A stretch of 63,881 nt of DNA, filler included, from Phoronis australis (GCA_002633005.1; 5 parts of 5 records of this genome joined end to end with filler, not necessarily neighbours in it); one strand, 5' to 3'. Positions 39,897-53,364 are shown, numbered from the whole stretch's first letter. The notes: generated from the sequence alone by a model not told the origin. Numbers and translations: made by a program.

Positions 39897-41159
39897 TACA
39901 TGGCGCAACAAATTATCGGAACTGGTTTCATTTCGTCACTAAAAGTTTTTAGTATTTTAATACCAGCAAACCGAATTTCATAACAAATCGGTGGTGCTGC
40001 GAAGTTGAGTCATCACTCTTCCGAAAGATGTCGCAAAATTTTAGGAAATGGCGCGTGTTCATGTCACGAGCGCGACAAACTTTTGTTTCAACAGGCAAAC
40101 AAATGATGTTCATTAGATTGTTTTTCACTCAAGCGGCTGCAACCTGCAAGGTGAGTGCACAGGCGCTTGGGTTTATCGCAAATGACGTCACAATATACAT
40201 ATAAGAAAACATCAAGTTTGGACACTCAAAATCTGTTTGCTCAGAATTTTCTACTCAAATGTGCATGGAACTCCACGAAACTAGCATCAGACAACTCTTA
40301 GAATACCTTCTTTCATTTGATCTCTTCAAATTGCCTTCGAGTGGTGATTTGGCGACAAAAATGCCAAAAGAATGCCAAAATCACAAATTCAAGGACCTGA
40401 TTCCGTGATGTCATGGCAGACGGTCTTCGCACATCCNTAGTAAAATAATTAAGGTTAGTTAAATTGTTAAATTCAAGTGTCAGATAAGAAAAACTCATCA
40501 TCTACAGCATAAGGTAAATCATTATTTTGCTAAGTTTTGCACTTATACCATGTTTTTGTACTTGTTAAATTTGGGATCTCGCTATTCCTGTTGTTTAAGG
40601 CTCCAAATGTGTTCTTTTGTAAAATAGTACGTTTAATTGACTATAGGAGTCAGTCACTATTTGCTGACTATATCTGTATTTTCTGTGTTCCTAGGGCATA
40701 TGTTACCACTCTAGGTATTTAGCATCTTTTGTTGTGTTGTATTTTGTTGTTTAGTACTAAGAAGGCATTGCCCACAAGCTATTTTATTCTGTAGTTATCG
40801 TAATACTTACATTCAGTATTTGCATTATTAAGGTTAATGTCCCTTGTGAACATTTTGGAAATCTTTATTTCATATCGACAGCAGTTTCATATATCTACGA
40901 ATAGTAAGACTAAAGTAAATCGAAACTCTCGGACAAAGCAGCCACCCTGGTGGGATGATGAATTGGCTTCGGCCGAGCAAATATATAGTCTTTAAAACTG
41001 TTTCGTAAAAACTCTTCTGTCTTTTACCTTAACATTTATAAAGTATAAAAGAAAGCTTTCCGTGATCTGTTTAAACAGAAAGAGAAAGCATAATGAAGCC
41101 CGGTTTATTGAAGCCATTAAACGTTCCAAAAATAACCAAATAAAGCTGCCTCTGTAATT

Positions 41160-41948
41160 TGTAAATTAAAGCGAAGATCTCGTGATCTGCCCCCGGCAAT
41201 AGTCTTTCACTTGTTCGATAAAATAGTTAACCCCTCTCTGTGTTACGGCGCTGAGACATGGGGCTTAAGGAATATGAACAAACTGGAAAATGTACATATC
41301 AAATTTTTTAAACGCATTTTAGGAGTAGGCAGTTGTTCAAACTCGGCGATTATGGGAGAATGTGGTCGATTCCCATTGTCTACTAAATATTTTGTTTCTT
41401 GTATAAAATACTGGTTCAAAATACTGGAGTAAAAAGCTGCTTTTTCAGTCAGACCTGAATGGAGGATCTACCTATAATTGGGCAAGTTTTGTAAGGGAAC
41501 TTCTGTCTGTGTATGGTTTTTCAGATGTATGGATTAATCAGGGTGTGGTAAATCGAGCGTATTTCTTGACTCACGGTTTTTCTCAACGTGTCAACGACTG
41601 TTATTTGCAAGGTTGGCAATCTGATATCGAATGTAACGCAAAACTGCCTTACTATGTGAGGTACAAAACAATGTATCATCTTGAGAATTATCTAGAAATG
41701 GTTGGTATCCCACGTGTTTTATCCAGTCTCTGGCTCGATTGCGATGTTCAAATCATTCGTTACTAGTGGAAAGAGGTGGCCACACTGACACAAATATATA
41801 TCCCTATGAAAACAGCTTGTGTGAGTTATGTAATTCGGGTTGTGTATAGGACAAATACCATGTTGTGTTAGTTTGTAGTGCGTACCAAGACCTTCGGGTT
41901 ATGCCCTTTTAAGTGATCGTTTATGTCATCCTCCCACGACATCTAAAT
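41160..41948 (+). mobile_element. Decayed LINE ORF2 C-terminal region (continues at 45811-45975)
   Basis: LFDKIVNPSLCYGAETWG...LENVHIKFFKRILGV...AIMGECGRFPL...CIKYWFKIL, with stops and frameshifts. Confidence 0.8.
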
Positions 41949-42799
41949 GGGGCTATTCGGAGAATAGCGGATTTGCAGCGCAGACGAACTACGCATTGCG
42001 CATGTGCGAGTTACTTCCTTCGCGAAGGCTCATGGGATAGCTTGTGGTCAGGCATGTCTTGAGCAGGCTGGATAGTGTGTGCATTTGGAGTGATTTGCAA
42101 ACTAAAAACCATGTTTCATTTTTTGCTTTATAATACCAAGCAAGTCCTCTCTCTCGTTTGTAAACACAGCGTAGCTANNNNNNNNNNNNNNNNNNNNNNN
42201 NNNNNNNNNNNNNNNNNNNNNNNNNNNNNNNNNNNNNNNNNNNNNNNNNNNNNNNNNNNNNNNNNNNNNNNNNNNNNNNNNNNNNNNNNNNNNNNNNNNN
42301 NNNNNNNNNNNNNNNNNNNNNNNNNNNNNNNNNNNNNNNNNNNNNNNNNNNNNNNNNNNNNNNNNNNNNNNNNNNNNNNNNNNNNNNNNNNNNNNNNNNN
42401 NNNNNNNNNNNNNNNNNNNNNNNNNNNNNNNNNNNNNNNNNNNNNNNNNNNNNNNNNNNNNNNNNNNNNNNNNNNNNNNNNNNNNNNNNNNNNNNNNNNN
42501 NNNNNNNNNNNNNNNNNNNNNNNNNNNNNNNNNNNNNNNNNNNNNNNNNNNNNNNNNNNNNNNNNNNNNNNNNNNNNNNNNNNNNNNNNNNNNNNNNNNN
42601 NNNNNNNNNNNNNNNNNNNNNNNNNNNNNNNNNNNNNNNNNNNNNNNNNNNNNNNNNNNNNNNNNNNNNNNNNNNNNNNNNNNNNNNNNNNNNNNNNNNN
42701 NNNNNNNNNNNNNNNNNNNNNNNNNNNNNNNNNNNNNNNNNNNNNNNNNNNNNNNNNNNNNNNNNNTACATGGCCAACCGAGGGGCTACGTGTTGCCTA

Positions 42800-42997
42800 C
42801 TATAGATGGCCCCGCGTTCGTTTGAATGCGCTAAATTTCCCCTTACTCCCAGGTCTCCTAATGTTGTTTATTCATTTTTCACGAAGTTCTTGGTTTACAG
42901 GGAACACATACAAACTCAGATTTTTATCTCTCTTGTTGTTTTTGAAGCAGCCAGGAACACAACAAGTGTATCCGCTGTAAGTTTTCTTCGCGCTCAT
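42800..42997 (-). pseudogene. THAP zinc-finger domain remnant
   Basis: [47 protein letters not shown]; the conserved THAP Trp position is TGA. Confidence 0.8.
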
Positions 42998-43221
42998 ACC
43001 GCGTATTATGCTTGTTACTATGGCCGCTTTCGGAATCCTGACCACAGCACCCACAATGCACCATTTTAACCTAATTTCAATATGGCGTCGCTGCAAATCC
43101 GCTATTCTCCTCACGGTGTAGCTGCTGTACTAGTGGTGATTGAATTGCGCATGCGTCGCTGTCTGCAAGTAAACAGATGGTAAAAAGACGGAATTGTTGT
43201 CAAAACACGTCGTCGCGCTAA

Positions 43222-43415
43222 GCCTTATTATTGCTATTTTCCCTGGTGCAAGTCTTTGACAGGTGGTCACAAATTTCCAAAAGACCCCAGGGTATTACAT
43301 TTGTGGAGAATAGCAGTCAAAACGGTCAACCAACTGACAAAAAGTGGGGATGCGGAAGCCCCGTCAGTGAGTGCTCTATGCATTTCCATTGGGAGACTAC
43401 ATATAACATTACTTG
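43222..43415 (+). pseudogene. Second THAP domain remnant, divergent orientation
   Basis: YCYFPWCKSLTGGHKFPKDPRVLHLWRIAVK, then after a frameshift KKWG...ECSMHF; gtaag donor at ~43416. Confidence 0.65.
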
Positions 43416-44859
43416 GTAAGTTTTTAGCAATCCGTTTCTATCGACATCGTTCGGTGATGTTATCCCCACCAGTTACCCCACTAAATAATGGGTTTATTGA
43501 GTGAAGCTAAGTGTTTTAGGAAACTCACCTGGGACTCGGATGCCTACTTGGCTAGCAGCACATATTCATATTGTCCTGGGTGGGAGTGCGCCCAATATAA
43601 GAGGTGTAAGGTACGTGACGCTCAGAAGTCAAGGATGACTTTTTCACAGGAGTTTCTCTTCTAAACTATGCCGTGTCCAATAAAATTCTCTAGATAAGTG
43701 AGTTTCCTTATTTTATAGCTTACCCCACCCCCAGGACTACCAGATTAGTTACCGAATTAACATGAATAAGCCTTAATTCAGTAAATGTCGTAACATTGCA
43801 TTGGAATAAAAATTGACACCTAGAATGAATTTTACTTGTTGAGATCAGAAGCACATTTTAAGTGTCATGAAAAGTACACATTGTTAAATCACTTTTAGCC
43901 TGTTTCACATATTTTAATTCAGATATTAGATAAGACTTGAGTACATATACCGGTAAACATGAAGATGAAACGTCAAGTTTGTTCTGCCTTACAAAAGTAG
44001 TTTTGTCTTGTGTTTTCTTTTACAATTTGCTAATATTTCTCTGACTGTTCTGTTACACGTGAGAGGAAACTGAAACCAACTGCCCGAACGTCTATTTTAC
44101 CTTTGGACAAAGTGAAAAGCAATCCTTCAGCAATAACCTGAGAGAATTGAACGTAATTCAGAAATTAAGCACTTGATAAGCCTGATTATGGACACCGTCA
44201 CAATGTTGTTTCTTTGTATGTATGTGCTTTTTAGTTTGCCATTTTGTTTTTAAATACACTGATAATTGTTTATTCTCGAATCTTGTACACAACAGATACT
44301 TATCCAGCTAGCTACAATTGAAAACATACTTTTCTTGCATGTGGTACTTTTGTTCATAGACAAGTTAACACAAACCTTAAAATTGTTCAAAGACCTTCTT
44401 AAGAAAGCTCTAAAAATAATTACACACACAAACAAATCAAATGCAAAGAAAGGGAATACTTCATTTTGATCGCTGCACATTTCTATAGGTCAACGGGAAA
44501 ATGACAGTTCGCAAGTGTACTCGGCAATCATTTCAGCTTTATAAAGAATAAGCACAACTGCACTATGGGGCTTTAAAACTGAAGAAACATTGTGGTTTCA
44601 ATAATTAGTGACAAACTTGCCTGTTGATTAAAATTTATTCGATCATCAAAGTGTAACATTAACGGGCTTTGTACTGACAATAAGACAATCGATGCAGTCA
44701 CTGAATGTCATTTCCCAAAAATGTGTACCAAACTGAAAAGTTTTTTACCTTTAATATAAAGCCTTTCTTCTTAAAGGAAAAGTTAATGTCACTCAGTGAG
44801 AAAGGACAGGCATTTATACCAGAAGCTTTTGGTTTTCATTCCACTGGGATCTAGTTTCA

Positions 44860-45356
44860 ATGGCCTATAGAAGCACTTGAAAAAAGGTCGAAACGTGGCT
44901 TTCTTTCATGTAACCTCATTCAGCCTCAATAACATCCACAATTAGACCCTTGAAGGTAAACACAACAGCATATCACTTGAATCGTTTTGAGCCCAAAATT
45001 GGACCCTGAACTAGACCAGAGTGTCACTGGGTTTTTCTTTAGCTTCAGTCCCTCGTGTTTCTTTCAGGAAATGAAATAAACTATTGTCCACATATGACTC
45101 ATTGCCTATGAGAGGGCATCCTCGCCAACAAGGCTTACTTGTGAAGCAGTCAGATACAGTTCCTCTGAATACACAGACAGTCCTCTGGCACATTGTCTTA
45201 TGGTAACTTAGTACTGCGATTCACATTTCTCCAGGGCCACTGACTTGTACATTGCGTTATGCAGCACTGCTGGTGTGTGGAAGTGCTGTGGGAAGAGAAC
45301 GGAGTAACAAAGCTTGTCTATGATACAGCTTGAAGTGGCCTTAAAATGTCACTGAA
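44860..45356 (-). pseudogene. YqaJ-like (lambda exonuclease family) remnant of the ISL2EU element
   Basis: HFHTPAVLHNAMYKSVALEKCESQY*VTIRQCARGLSVYSEELYLTAS and VQGPILGSKRFK*YAVVFTFKGLIVDVIE resemble YqaJ motifs. Confidence 0.6.
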
Positions 45357-45989
45357 CCTGGAACAAATATTGAAATATGAATAATTAAGTACTCCAGATT
45401 GGGTCAAAATTGCTATCCCTGTTTTTCAAAAATATATGGTGACTGCTCTACAGTTTCACATAAAGTTAAATAATAAATCAGAAACCAAGGGTGTATATAA
45501 TAAGTTTTGCATAAAACTGTCTTTATTTTTTAAATTAGTTCGTAGTCATAACAATTCTTTAAACGCATCTCTTGTCTGCAAAATAAACAAGTTTTTTTAG
45601 ACAACTTCAAACCTTTGTTACCCATTTTCAAGCCTTTTTAATTTTGATACTTTCAGCAATTTAAAACTCCGATTACAGATTCATGGGTCTGTCAAGCATA
45701 CTTCTAGTCTAAGGCTGAGGGAACCGTTTCTCAGACTTTCAATATTTTTCTAATAGAAGATATGAAGACGCGCGCCCTCTAGTTATTGTAGATTTTCCGA
45801 ATAGCCCCATTTGATTCTCTCATGAGAACTCCGGATAGCCTACTTATTAAATTCGTCCATCACGCTCTCAAGCGTCGTAATGCGTTATCCAGTTTGAAAC
45901 GAGGCACCTAACAATGTTCTGTCTTGTAAATGATATACTTGGGGCCTATGGCCATGTGTATATGTCTCAATAAATCAAGAATTTATACC

Positions 45990-46170
45990 ACAATATTAGC
46001 CTCGAATGGATGATACTACCGTGTATTAACCCATAAAGTTATTTCACTAGTGAGATAACATTTTGACGGGAAACCGAAACTGGATTCGAACCCGGGCCTC
46101 AAGAGTTTCGAGTCGCCGACTTTACCATACCACTCAGCGACTGACGTCATCGAGCGTGAAAATAGAATAA
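45990..46170 (-). mobile_element. tRNA-like/palindrome interspersed repeat, copy 1
   Basis: A box (tggtatggtaa), B box (ggttcgaatcc), palindrome at 46038-46059, TGACGTCA at 46142-46149. Confidence 0.8.
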
Positions 46171-46849
46171 TGAGCACGCGCAACAATCGCATGTTCATCA
46201 AAGGGCATTGCATCGACATTTATACGCCATGAAAAATAAGACACATAATTTCCATAAAAACGATATTTTAATTCAGTGAAATTTTTCTCTCGTGTTCTCT
46301 CACTTGTAAATCACCGATCTCCAATTTGAATGCTGGTATCGTGTCGTCGGGATCCTTTGACTTGAGCATTATAGTCGGTTACTAGTGGTAACCTACTTTA
46401 GCAGACGATATTTTCCCGGTCGAAGCTTCGCGTGATAAAATGTGTAGTAAGCTATAATAGTTGCTAAACCTTGATTTATAGATTCACTCTATTTCTATTT
46501 TGTTTAAATTTTCAATTGGTTTTGAGTGTATGCATTATTTGACAAAAATAGCTCGATTTTTCTTAAAAGGTCACGACCTCCGACCCCGGGCCTCTGACAT
46601 AGAAAGTAGTTACAAAGCCGAGGCGAGTCGATAAAGATAGATCGATTCATTGCAATGTTTCTCTTTCAGTATGCGGTATAAATAGATTATTACATGTTCT
46701 CAGTCGATCGTTATCCCCCTTATCTAGAGCCCTCGTGAATTTTGGAGAATTATCACCCTCGGGGCTAAACGCCCCTCGGGCCATGTAATAATCTATTCAT
46801 ATCGTTCAAATNATCCTTGTTGACATCAATATTTTGAAATCACAACACT

Positions 46850-47185
46850 CAGTGGTGGATTTAGGGGGGCGGGGGAAGACGGGCATACCCCCCCTAAAAT
46901 TCTCCCAGATTTCATTTGGAAGTTCGGGGTCCGAATTGCTGACTAGCATATGCATGCACCCAGGGGGGTTCTTGGAGCGAATGCACAATGAATAGGACTT
47001 GAAATTTGGAGCGAATGCACAATGAATAGGACTTGAAAAAACCCCGTTTGTCTTTTTTCTTTTTTAGTAATAAGGTCCACAAACCCAAAAATTCGACACC
47101 CTCTACATCCCTACATTTTATGAGGCGAAATTCTGATTATTCCTGTGCCCTTCCCCCCTAAGTCAAAATCCTGGATCCGCCCCTG
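46850..47185. mobile_element. MITE of the CAGTGGCGGAT family
   Basis: cagtggtggat...atccgcccctg; ACACT on both flanks (possible 5-bp TSD). Confidence 0.7.
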
Positions 47186-47359
47186 ACACTCGTGCTCTAC
47201 AAACTGGGGCAACTGTCTTCCACTGCTTGTATCAGTGTTTGAAGTAAACATGTCGGAATCTTACATGGATGTCAACCAACTAGTTAGGTGTACACGTTAA
47301 TACTGTCGACACCCTGTGGTCAAGTTGTAAAACTATTCCTAGAAATAGTTGATTAATTG

Positions 47360-47540
47360 GCTGCCCCACCTGGTGGTCAAATACTAAAGCTATCCAAACG
47401 GATAGATAGCTGGTTAGTTGGTTGACATCCAACATCCAATAGCTGCCCCACCTGGTGGTCAAATATTAAAGCTATCCAAAGGGACAGATAGCTGGTTAGT
47501 TGGTTGACATCCAACATCCAATCGCTGCCCCACCTGGTTG
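47360..47540. repeat. ~82-bp tandem repeat, a little over 2 copies
   Basis: gctgccccacctggt recurs at ~47360, 47442 and 47524. Confidence 0.85.
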
Positions 47541-48270
47541 GAGACAAACGGTCACCTTGTCTGCAACTACGCGAAATATTGAACCAGGAAGATGGGTGAC
47601 CATTTACGACAACACAGGATTTAATATTACTGTAAAAGACTTTCAACCACCTTCTGATAGACCAACCAAATTTAAGGAAACATAAACTTTTTTGAAAAAA
47701 ATTTCATGACAATGAATCAAGTGCTTTCTTAAAATCAATCAGTAAAAGCAATCCAGGTTTGTTAGCTGCCTGGGCATAAAACATTAAATCATGTAGCACG
47801 CGAATATTTTCGTTCATATTTCTTTCAGAAACGAAACCTGTCTGGTCCTTACTGATTAGTTTTCCCAAAACGGATTTCAACCGTTCAGCCACAGCCGAAG
47901 AAGCCAATTTATATGTTACATTGAGTAAGGATATGGGTCTCCAGGTTTTCAAATAATGTTTACTTTTATCTGCTCCCTTAGGGATGCAGGTAATCACTCC
48001 CTCTCTCTGTGTTGATGATAACTGACCAACTGCAAAACCAGTATTAAGTGAGCGAACAACGAAATGGGGATTGTCCAATGTCAGCCCAAAAAAATTGCAA
48101 AAATTCCACTGAAAAACCATCAGAGCCTGGGCTCTTGTTTTTCATTTTCATTTTCACAAACCTTATCAAGAAGAGTTTCTAAAGCAGTATTGTTAGGATG
48201 TCTATATTTGTATAGATTTTCATAAAAAGTTTTGGTTTCTTGAATAACCTCTTCTTCACCTTTGGTTTTA
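47538..48270 (-). mobile_element. L1/Tx1-type LINE reverse transcriptase fragment, decayed
   Basis: REGVITCIPKG...WRPISLLNVTYKL...DQTGFV...LLIDFKKALDSLS and SCRQGDRLSP. Confidence 0.9.
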
Positions 48271-49167
48271 GTATTGTCAGATTTCCACGAAAAAACAACC
48301 AAGTAATGTTTTCGATTTTTAAAAACCGATGAACTAATAAGCTAAAAACTACAAAAATTGGGTAAGATTGAAGCTAAACGACCGTGCGTATTGATGTATT
48401 CTTTGGATTTACAAACACTAATCAAAATTGAGAATATCGCATGGATTATTCTTTTAATATTCTTTCAATCTCGTTTATCCAGATTTTTAACTCGGACACA
48501 GTTGTAATTAAATTGTGCCCTCTCATTTTTTATGACTTGACAAAAAGCTACAATAGCTATGTATTCAGAGCAACCGAAATTGTCCAGAGATACCAAATCT
48601 TCAAGTTGGTTATCACCATAATTTGCAATTTAAGGTATACTTTATGGCTTGAGTTTTTATAAATACTAAATTTAAACTGATAACACGTCGTGTAGTTTCC
48701 CAGTAAACATGCAGGTTCTGCGCCAATACTGGCCCTGAACTGTCTTCTGTATTGGCCCAATGCTGTAGGCCAGTACTCGCCCAATAACATTTTGCACACC
48801 TGCTGGACCTACAGTTTTCAAAGGTATCATTCTGTTTTCATTTTCTGAAGGTGTCTCAACTTAAAAAGTGGAAACTATTAAAAACAATTCCTAATGTAGC
48901 GTTGTGGAGAATGGTTCATTAAGCAACTTGTTATCTGAAATCTTCATTTGAATCAGACCTGTAATTTTTGAGATACGATGTTCCAAAGTTTGCCAAATTT
49001 GGCCATTTTTCGAGGTTCGCAAATAACCTTAAAAGATGGATTGAGAGTCACCAAAACTTACAGAAAAACCGCACCCAACTTCTGCTGAAGAGTATTCATT
49101 ACGGTTACTAATTGCAGATATTTTATTATAATATGAGTAAATGAAGAGGTATGCTGTAATATTCATT

Positions 49168-49267
49168 NNNNNNNNNNNNNNNNNNNNNNNNNNNNNNNNN
49201 NNNNNNNNNNNTTAATTAATTAANNNNNNNNNNNNNNNNNNNNNNNNNNNNNNNNNNNNNNNNNNNN
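49168..49267. other. Artificial contig spacer N44-TTAATTAATTAA-N44
   Basis: Same structure as 21472-21571. Confidence 0.95.
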
Positions 49268-49647
49268 CTTCTTCAGCAGTCTAAAGTGGGAAATACAGGC
49301 TTTCCTACAATTATCAAACAATCATCTTAACGCGTGACCCCAAAAATTGAATTTGTTCGTATTTCTTCTCAGAATTGATTTTCCACCTCAACTTTATGCA
49401 CACAATAACAATAAGTACCTAAAGAATCAAAAAGAGGCTGCAGTCTGCTCATCAAACAAACTAAAGAATGGATCTGCCAGCCCCCATGCATGAGGACCCT
49501 CGCTCATACTGTGGCCGTAAAGACGAGACTGACAAGCTTCCCTCTTTACTCCACTGACTCTGTGCGTACAGCAAATTTATCAGCTTCACACTATTGATCA
49601 GGACGTAGACATTCCACCATGAAGTGAAGAACTGCTTCATTCCACCA

Positions 49648-52274
49648 TCAGCATTCTATCTTGACATCCTTCAGGGACATACCCCCCTTCCTAGACGGCT
49701 TCCTTTTGTACTTATAGTCCTCCTTGGTATCGAGGCTGGGAGAGATCAGGTAGGTTTTCATGGGTACATCTTTACCTTTTATCTTGATCTCTCCCCGGTA
49801 CGCACACTTGATGCCCGCTGCTATCAGAATTATTGCACTTTGTTCAGCCACCTAAAACAACAGATTAATTAACTAAAGGTATATGGGTACATCCAGCATG
49901 GCTGAGAACAATCCAGTGGATGGACTCAGAAATGGTATTTCACTCGTTAAATATATTTATGTGAGCATATGGACTCGCCTTACTCCTTTTCCCCCTCATC
50001 TTGGTCTATTCCATTGTTCCCTTGTGCAGGACTACACGACGTTTTTCCAGCCTTCGCATTGGTCTGTTGTTATCACGTGCCTCGAGTTTGGTCAGCTCTT
50101 GGCTCTTATAGGCTTATGATTGTCACGTGTCTTTAGGGGTGTTTTACTTTGTTATTGTAACCTCTCTTTCAATTCACTTTGTTCCGGCCACATTGTCGTA
50201 CGTCAAAAACTCATTCAATTTTCCCACCCTCTTCCTCCCAGTTTTCGTCATTCTTTCGTACTTCCACGTGGCCGGCGCTTTTTATTGCCCATCTTACCAG
50301 AGATTACCTATTATACTTATTTACCCGTATTCATTTTATTGTAATTGTACTAGTCATAATAAATGACCTTATATCGCCTACATCTGTCTCCTTTCATCTC
50401 TGGTAACGAGCTTGCGACGCACGTATCATTTATCTATTATCCGGGACATATGTCGATCATAAATACCTCTATAGTCACATAACGCTAAATCGTCGTGAGA
50501 CCATCTGGAGTTGGTATATGGTGCAACTCCGGACGGTCTGGGCTCAACAGAAAACCATAGTTCTACTATGAGTCTACACCAATGTGATAAACGAGAGTAG
50601 TTGTACTTGCCGCGTCAGCTGCAGGGATCGTTATCTCTTTTATTACCAATAACATGTGACTGGGCAAAGCCTTTTCAAATTAGTGTAGATAATCCAATGG
50701 AGCACGAGACCCCTGAGGTCCCTGTCAAGTCCTCACTACAGTTCCACGTTATGCACATGTCAACTGTAGGTGGCGCTGAATGTTTTGTACAGCAAAAACT
50801 CTTTCACCACTGAGCAGCAACATTTATTTCCGATATACTACCACTCCATAGTTACGCACCCGCACTGTGGATGAGTATCCCGATTGGCACTGATCGTCTA
50901 GTCGGAATATAGCCATGTAGTTATCAGTTTGACAGCCATAGCAAGGGGAGAAATTTGGCAAACCAATGTTTACATAGTTCAGGTCTTTCATTGTCTGCGT
51001 TCGTCTCATAAGCTCACGTAATCCATCAATTATGTTATACAAAGCGCGCCTGGCACTAACTGATATTCAAAAAGTAGTATTTCCAAACGACATTTAACAA
51101 ATGTTGTGAAGAAGTGTTTTTTGCGAAATACTATCATCAAAAAACTTTGAACGGAGAAAAACAGATGACTTTCATAGAAATTAGACTTAACTTTCACAGG
51201 GCTTGGAATGACCAATGACAAAAAAGAGAAAAGTTTTCCAGGTGACGTATCATTCCACAAATAAATAGGCTTGTGTCATAGAAATATTTTTGGGTTGTAA
51301 AATTTAACCGAAGTAAATGTTTTTGTATGAATAAAGTCAAAATAATGATGACGAGACGAAAAAAGAGGATAATGGAAATCAAATAAGAAATGGAAACCAA
51401 AAAGAGGAAACGATGTACCCTGAAAACAGTCCAGTTGATGACCCTGATATTTACCTGAATTTTTCCTCTCACGCCAAAGCTGTCCATTCGACTTGCCACA
51501 TTCACTGTGTCGCCCCAGATGTCATACTGGGGCTTTTGTGCTCCAATTACACCAGCTATCACAGGTCCATGGTTTATGCCTGAAAACAAACCAGCACCAC
51601 AACAATGATACACATTTCAAGTACCTGAACATTTGAACTGCAGATTTTTATATACAACCCGCCAGACAATCAATTCTAATTCTAATTAGCCAAGATTTGC
51701 TCCAAGATGAATCAGCCCACACGCCGCCAGAGCCCAAATATGGTGAACACCCAAATCCATGTACTACCACGGCGACAATCCACCAAGCTGGTAATGTTCC
51801 CACCCATATGGTTCAACGCTCAGGCTAGACTGATTTCTAAGCATGAGAAGAACTGTTTATAACTGCTTCAGACCTGCTCATCAAATTGCTTGTCACAGTG
51901 CATTAGTTTCCTTCTTCAAAGTATTATGGCTGTCGCCGAAATCCAAGCAATTCATTGCAACCAATTTCATTCAAACACAGGACAAGAACATCAAGACTTG
52001 GAAGAGCCTGTGAATAAAGTTGCTTTTGACACAAGAACATGGTGTTTAGAGAATTTTAAAATTTCAAACTAAAAAGTGTGATAGCCTTATCACAGACACA
52101 TCACATGCATGTCCACATCACTTCCACAAGAGTTTCAGTTTCATCGCGCCTTCACCTACCTATCCTGAGGCTGAACTCATTGAATGAGTCTCTATTGATG
52201 TTCTCCAGTGAGCCCATCATGGCCAGGGCAAAGTCCGCCAGCAACAAGACATAATATTCACTTTTGGAGCTGTC
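49648..52274 (-). CDS. ADCY2: Transmembrane-type adenylyl cyclase (ADCY2/4/7-like), last three exons of the C2 catalytic domain: 52274-52160, 51579-51455, 49851-49648
   Basis: Phase-consistent splice: ...[78 protein letters not shown]...[19 protein letters not shown]...*. The [10 protein letters not shown] motif is typical of the AC2 group; the symbol means 'ADCY2-like'. Confidence 0.9.
49960..50479 (+). mobile_element. Possible solo LTR in the last adenylyl cyclase intron
   Basis: Bounded by TGTGA...TCACA with internal AATAAA (~50358); no clear TSD. Confidence 0.3.
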
Positions 52275-52923
52275 CTGGAGATGGAGAAAAAGTGTACTAG
52301 TTTATATGCTGACTTACCCCCACACATTTCAAGTGTTTATGGACACACACACACACAATGATCGACTTTCACTGAGGTCAATAGGTTGGTTTTCAAACCC
52401 TAAAAATGCGATAATGACAAAGGTAGATGGTTCCAATCACTAATTCATAAAGGAGGCTATGTTTGAGCATTTGATTGAATGTTGATCACTCGTTTTGATA
52501 GTCAGCTACTAGCTTTGTAAAACAAATGTGATTTCAGAATTCAGATGAAATTAAACGACATAAAGACTTTCGAGTTTGGTGATGTGCTGGTGGTGCAGTG
52601 GTTAAGACGAGGCTTGCGAAATGAAAGAAACCGGGTAATTGCAAAGAGAAATTGTGAGACGAAATGTGAAACGGCATTACCTTGTAGTGGTCAATATTGT
52701 GATTTAATGACTCCAAATACTAGTTTATAACTCCATAATCTGTAGAAATTATATAACATCGTGATTTGGTTTTGACATCACATCTTTCATCACTCTAACA
52801 TTTTGAAGGGTTGTCAAGAAATTTGACACCTTTTAGTCAAAGAAGGAACAACATACACTAATTTTCAGACAAACTCAAAGACCTCGGCACCACCTCGTGG
52901 CATAGTTATATTGTTTTTTTCCG

Positions 52924-53023
52924 NNNNNNNNNNNNNNNNNNNNNNNNNNNNNNNNNNNNNNNNNNNNTTAATTAATTAANNNNNNNNNNNNNNNNNNNNN
53001 NNNNNNNNNNNNNNNNNNNNNNN
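52924..53023. other. Artificial contig spacer N44-TTAATTAATTAA-N44
   Basis: Same structure as 21472-21571. Confidence 0.95.
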
Positions 53024-53099
53024 TTCGTATAAAAGTGTTTGCGTAAAGATCCGTTTCATGAAGTTTTTAACAAAAATGAAGCGGAAATAGTGCCTTTAA

Positions 53100-53282
53100 G
53101 TATATTATTTTCAGGCTCGGTGACGTCAGCCGCTGAGTGGCGCAGTGGTAAAGTCTACGACTCAAAACTGTTGCGGCCCGGGTTCGAAACCGTCCTCGGT
53201 TCCCGCCAAAATGTTATCTCACTAGTGAGATAACTAAATGGGTTATTACACGGTTGTATTGGCCATTCGAGGTTAATATTGT
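53100..53282 (+). mobile_element. tRNA-like/palindrome interspersed repeat, copy 2
   Basis: TGACGTCA at 53121-53128, A box tggcgcagtgg, B box ggttcgaaacc, perfect palindrome gttatctcactagtgagataac at 53213-53234. Confidence 0.85.
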
Positions 53283-53287
53283 ATAAG

Positions 53288-53364
53288 TGTATGTATATAT
53301 GCATGTATGTATGGCAGTAGGTATGCATGTTTGTACGTATGTATGTATGTATGTATATATATAT
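53288..53364. repeat. Imperfect (TATG)n/(TA)n microsatellite
   Basis: Directly visible. Confidence 0.85.

Larger units (their letters stand above)
41949..45808. mobile_element. ISL2EU-like (PIF/Harbinger-related) DNA transposon, decayed, with THAP domains and YqaJ exonuclease remnant
   Basis: TIRs GGGGCTATTCGGA / TCCGAATAGCCCC; AT TSD at 41947-48 and 45809-10; removing the element restores the LINE frame (TSKFDSL). Confidence 0.8.

Noticed and set aside
42075-42980. 301-aa and 200-aa ORFs
   Set aside because: Composed mostly of the N gap at 42178-42766.
53129-53205. Functional tRNA gene (also ~46070-46140, ~63770-63848, and box fragments at ~7186 and ~52586)
   Set aside because: A/B boxes are present, but stems and the anticodon region differ between copies and do not fold canonically by eye; they are embedded in a repeat.
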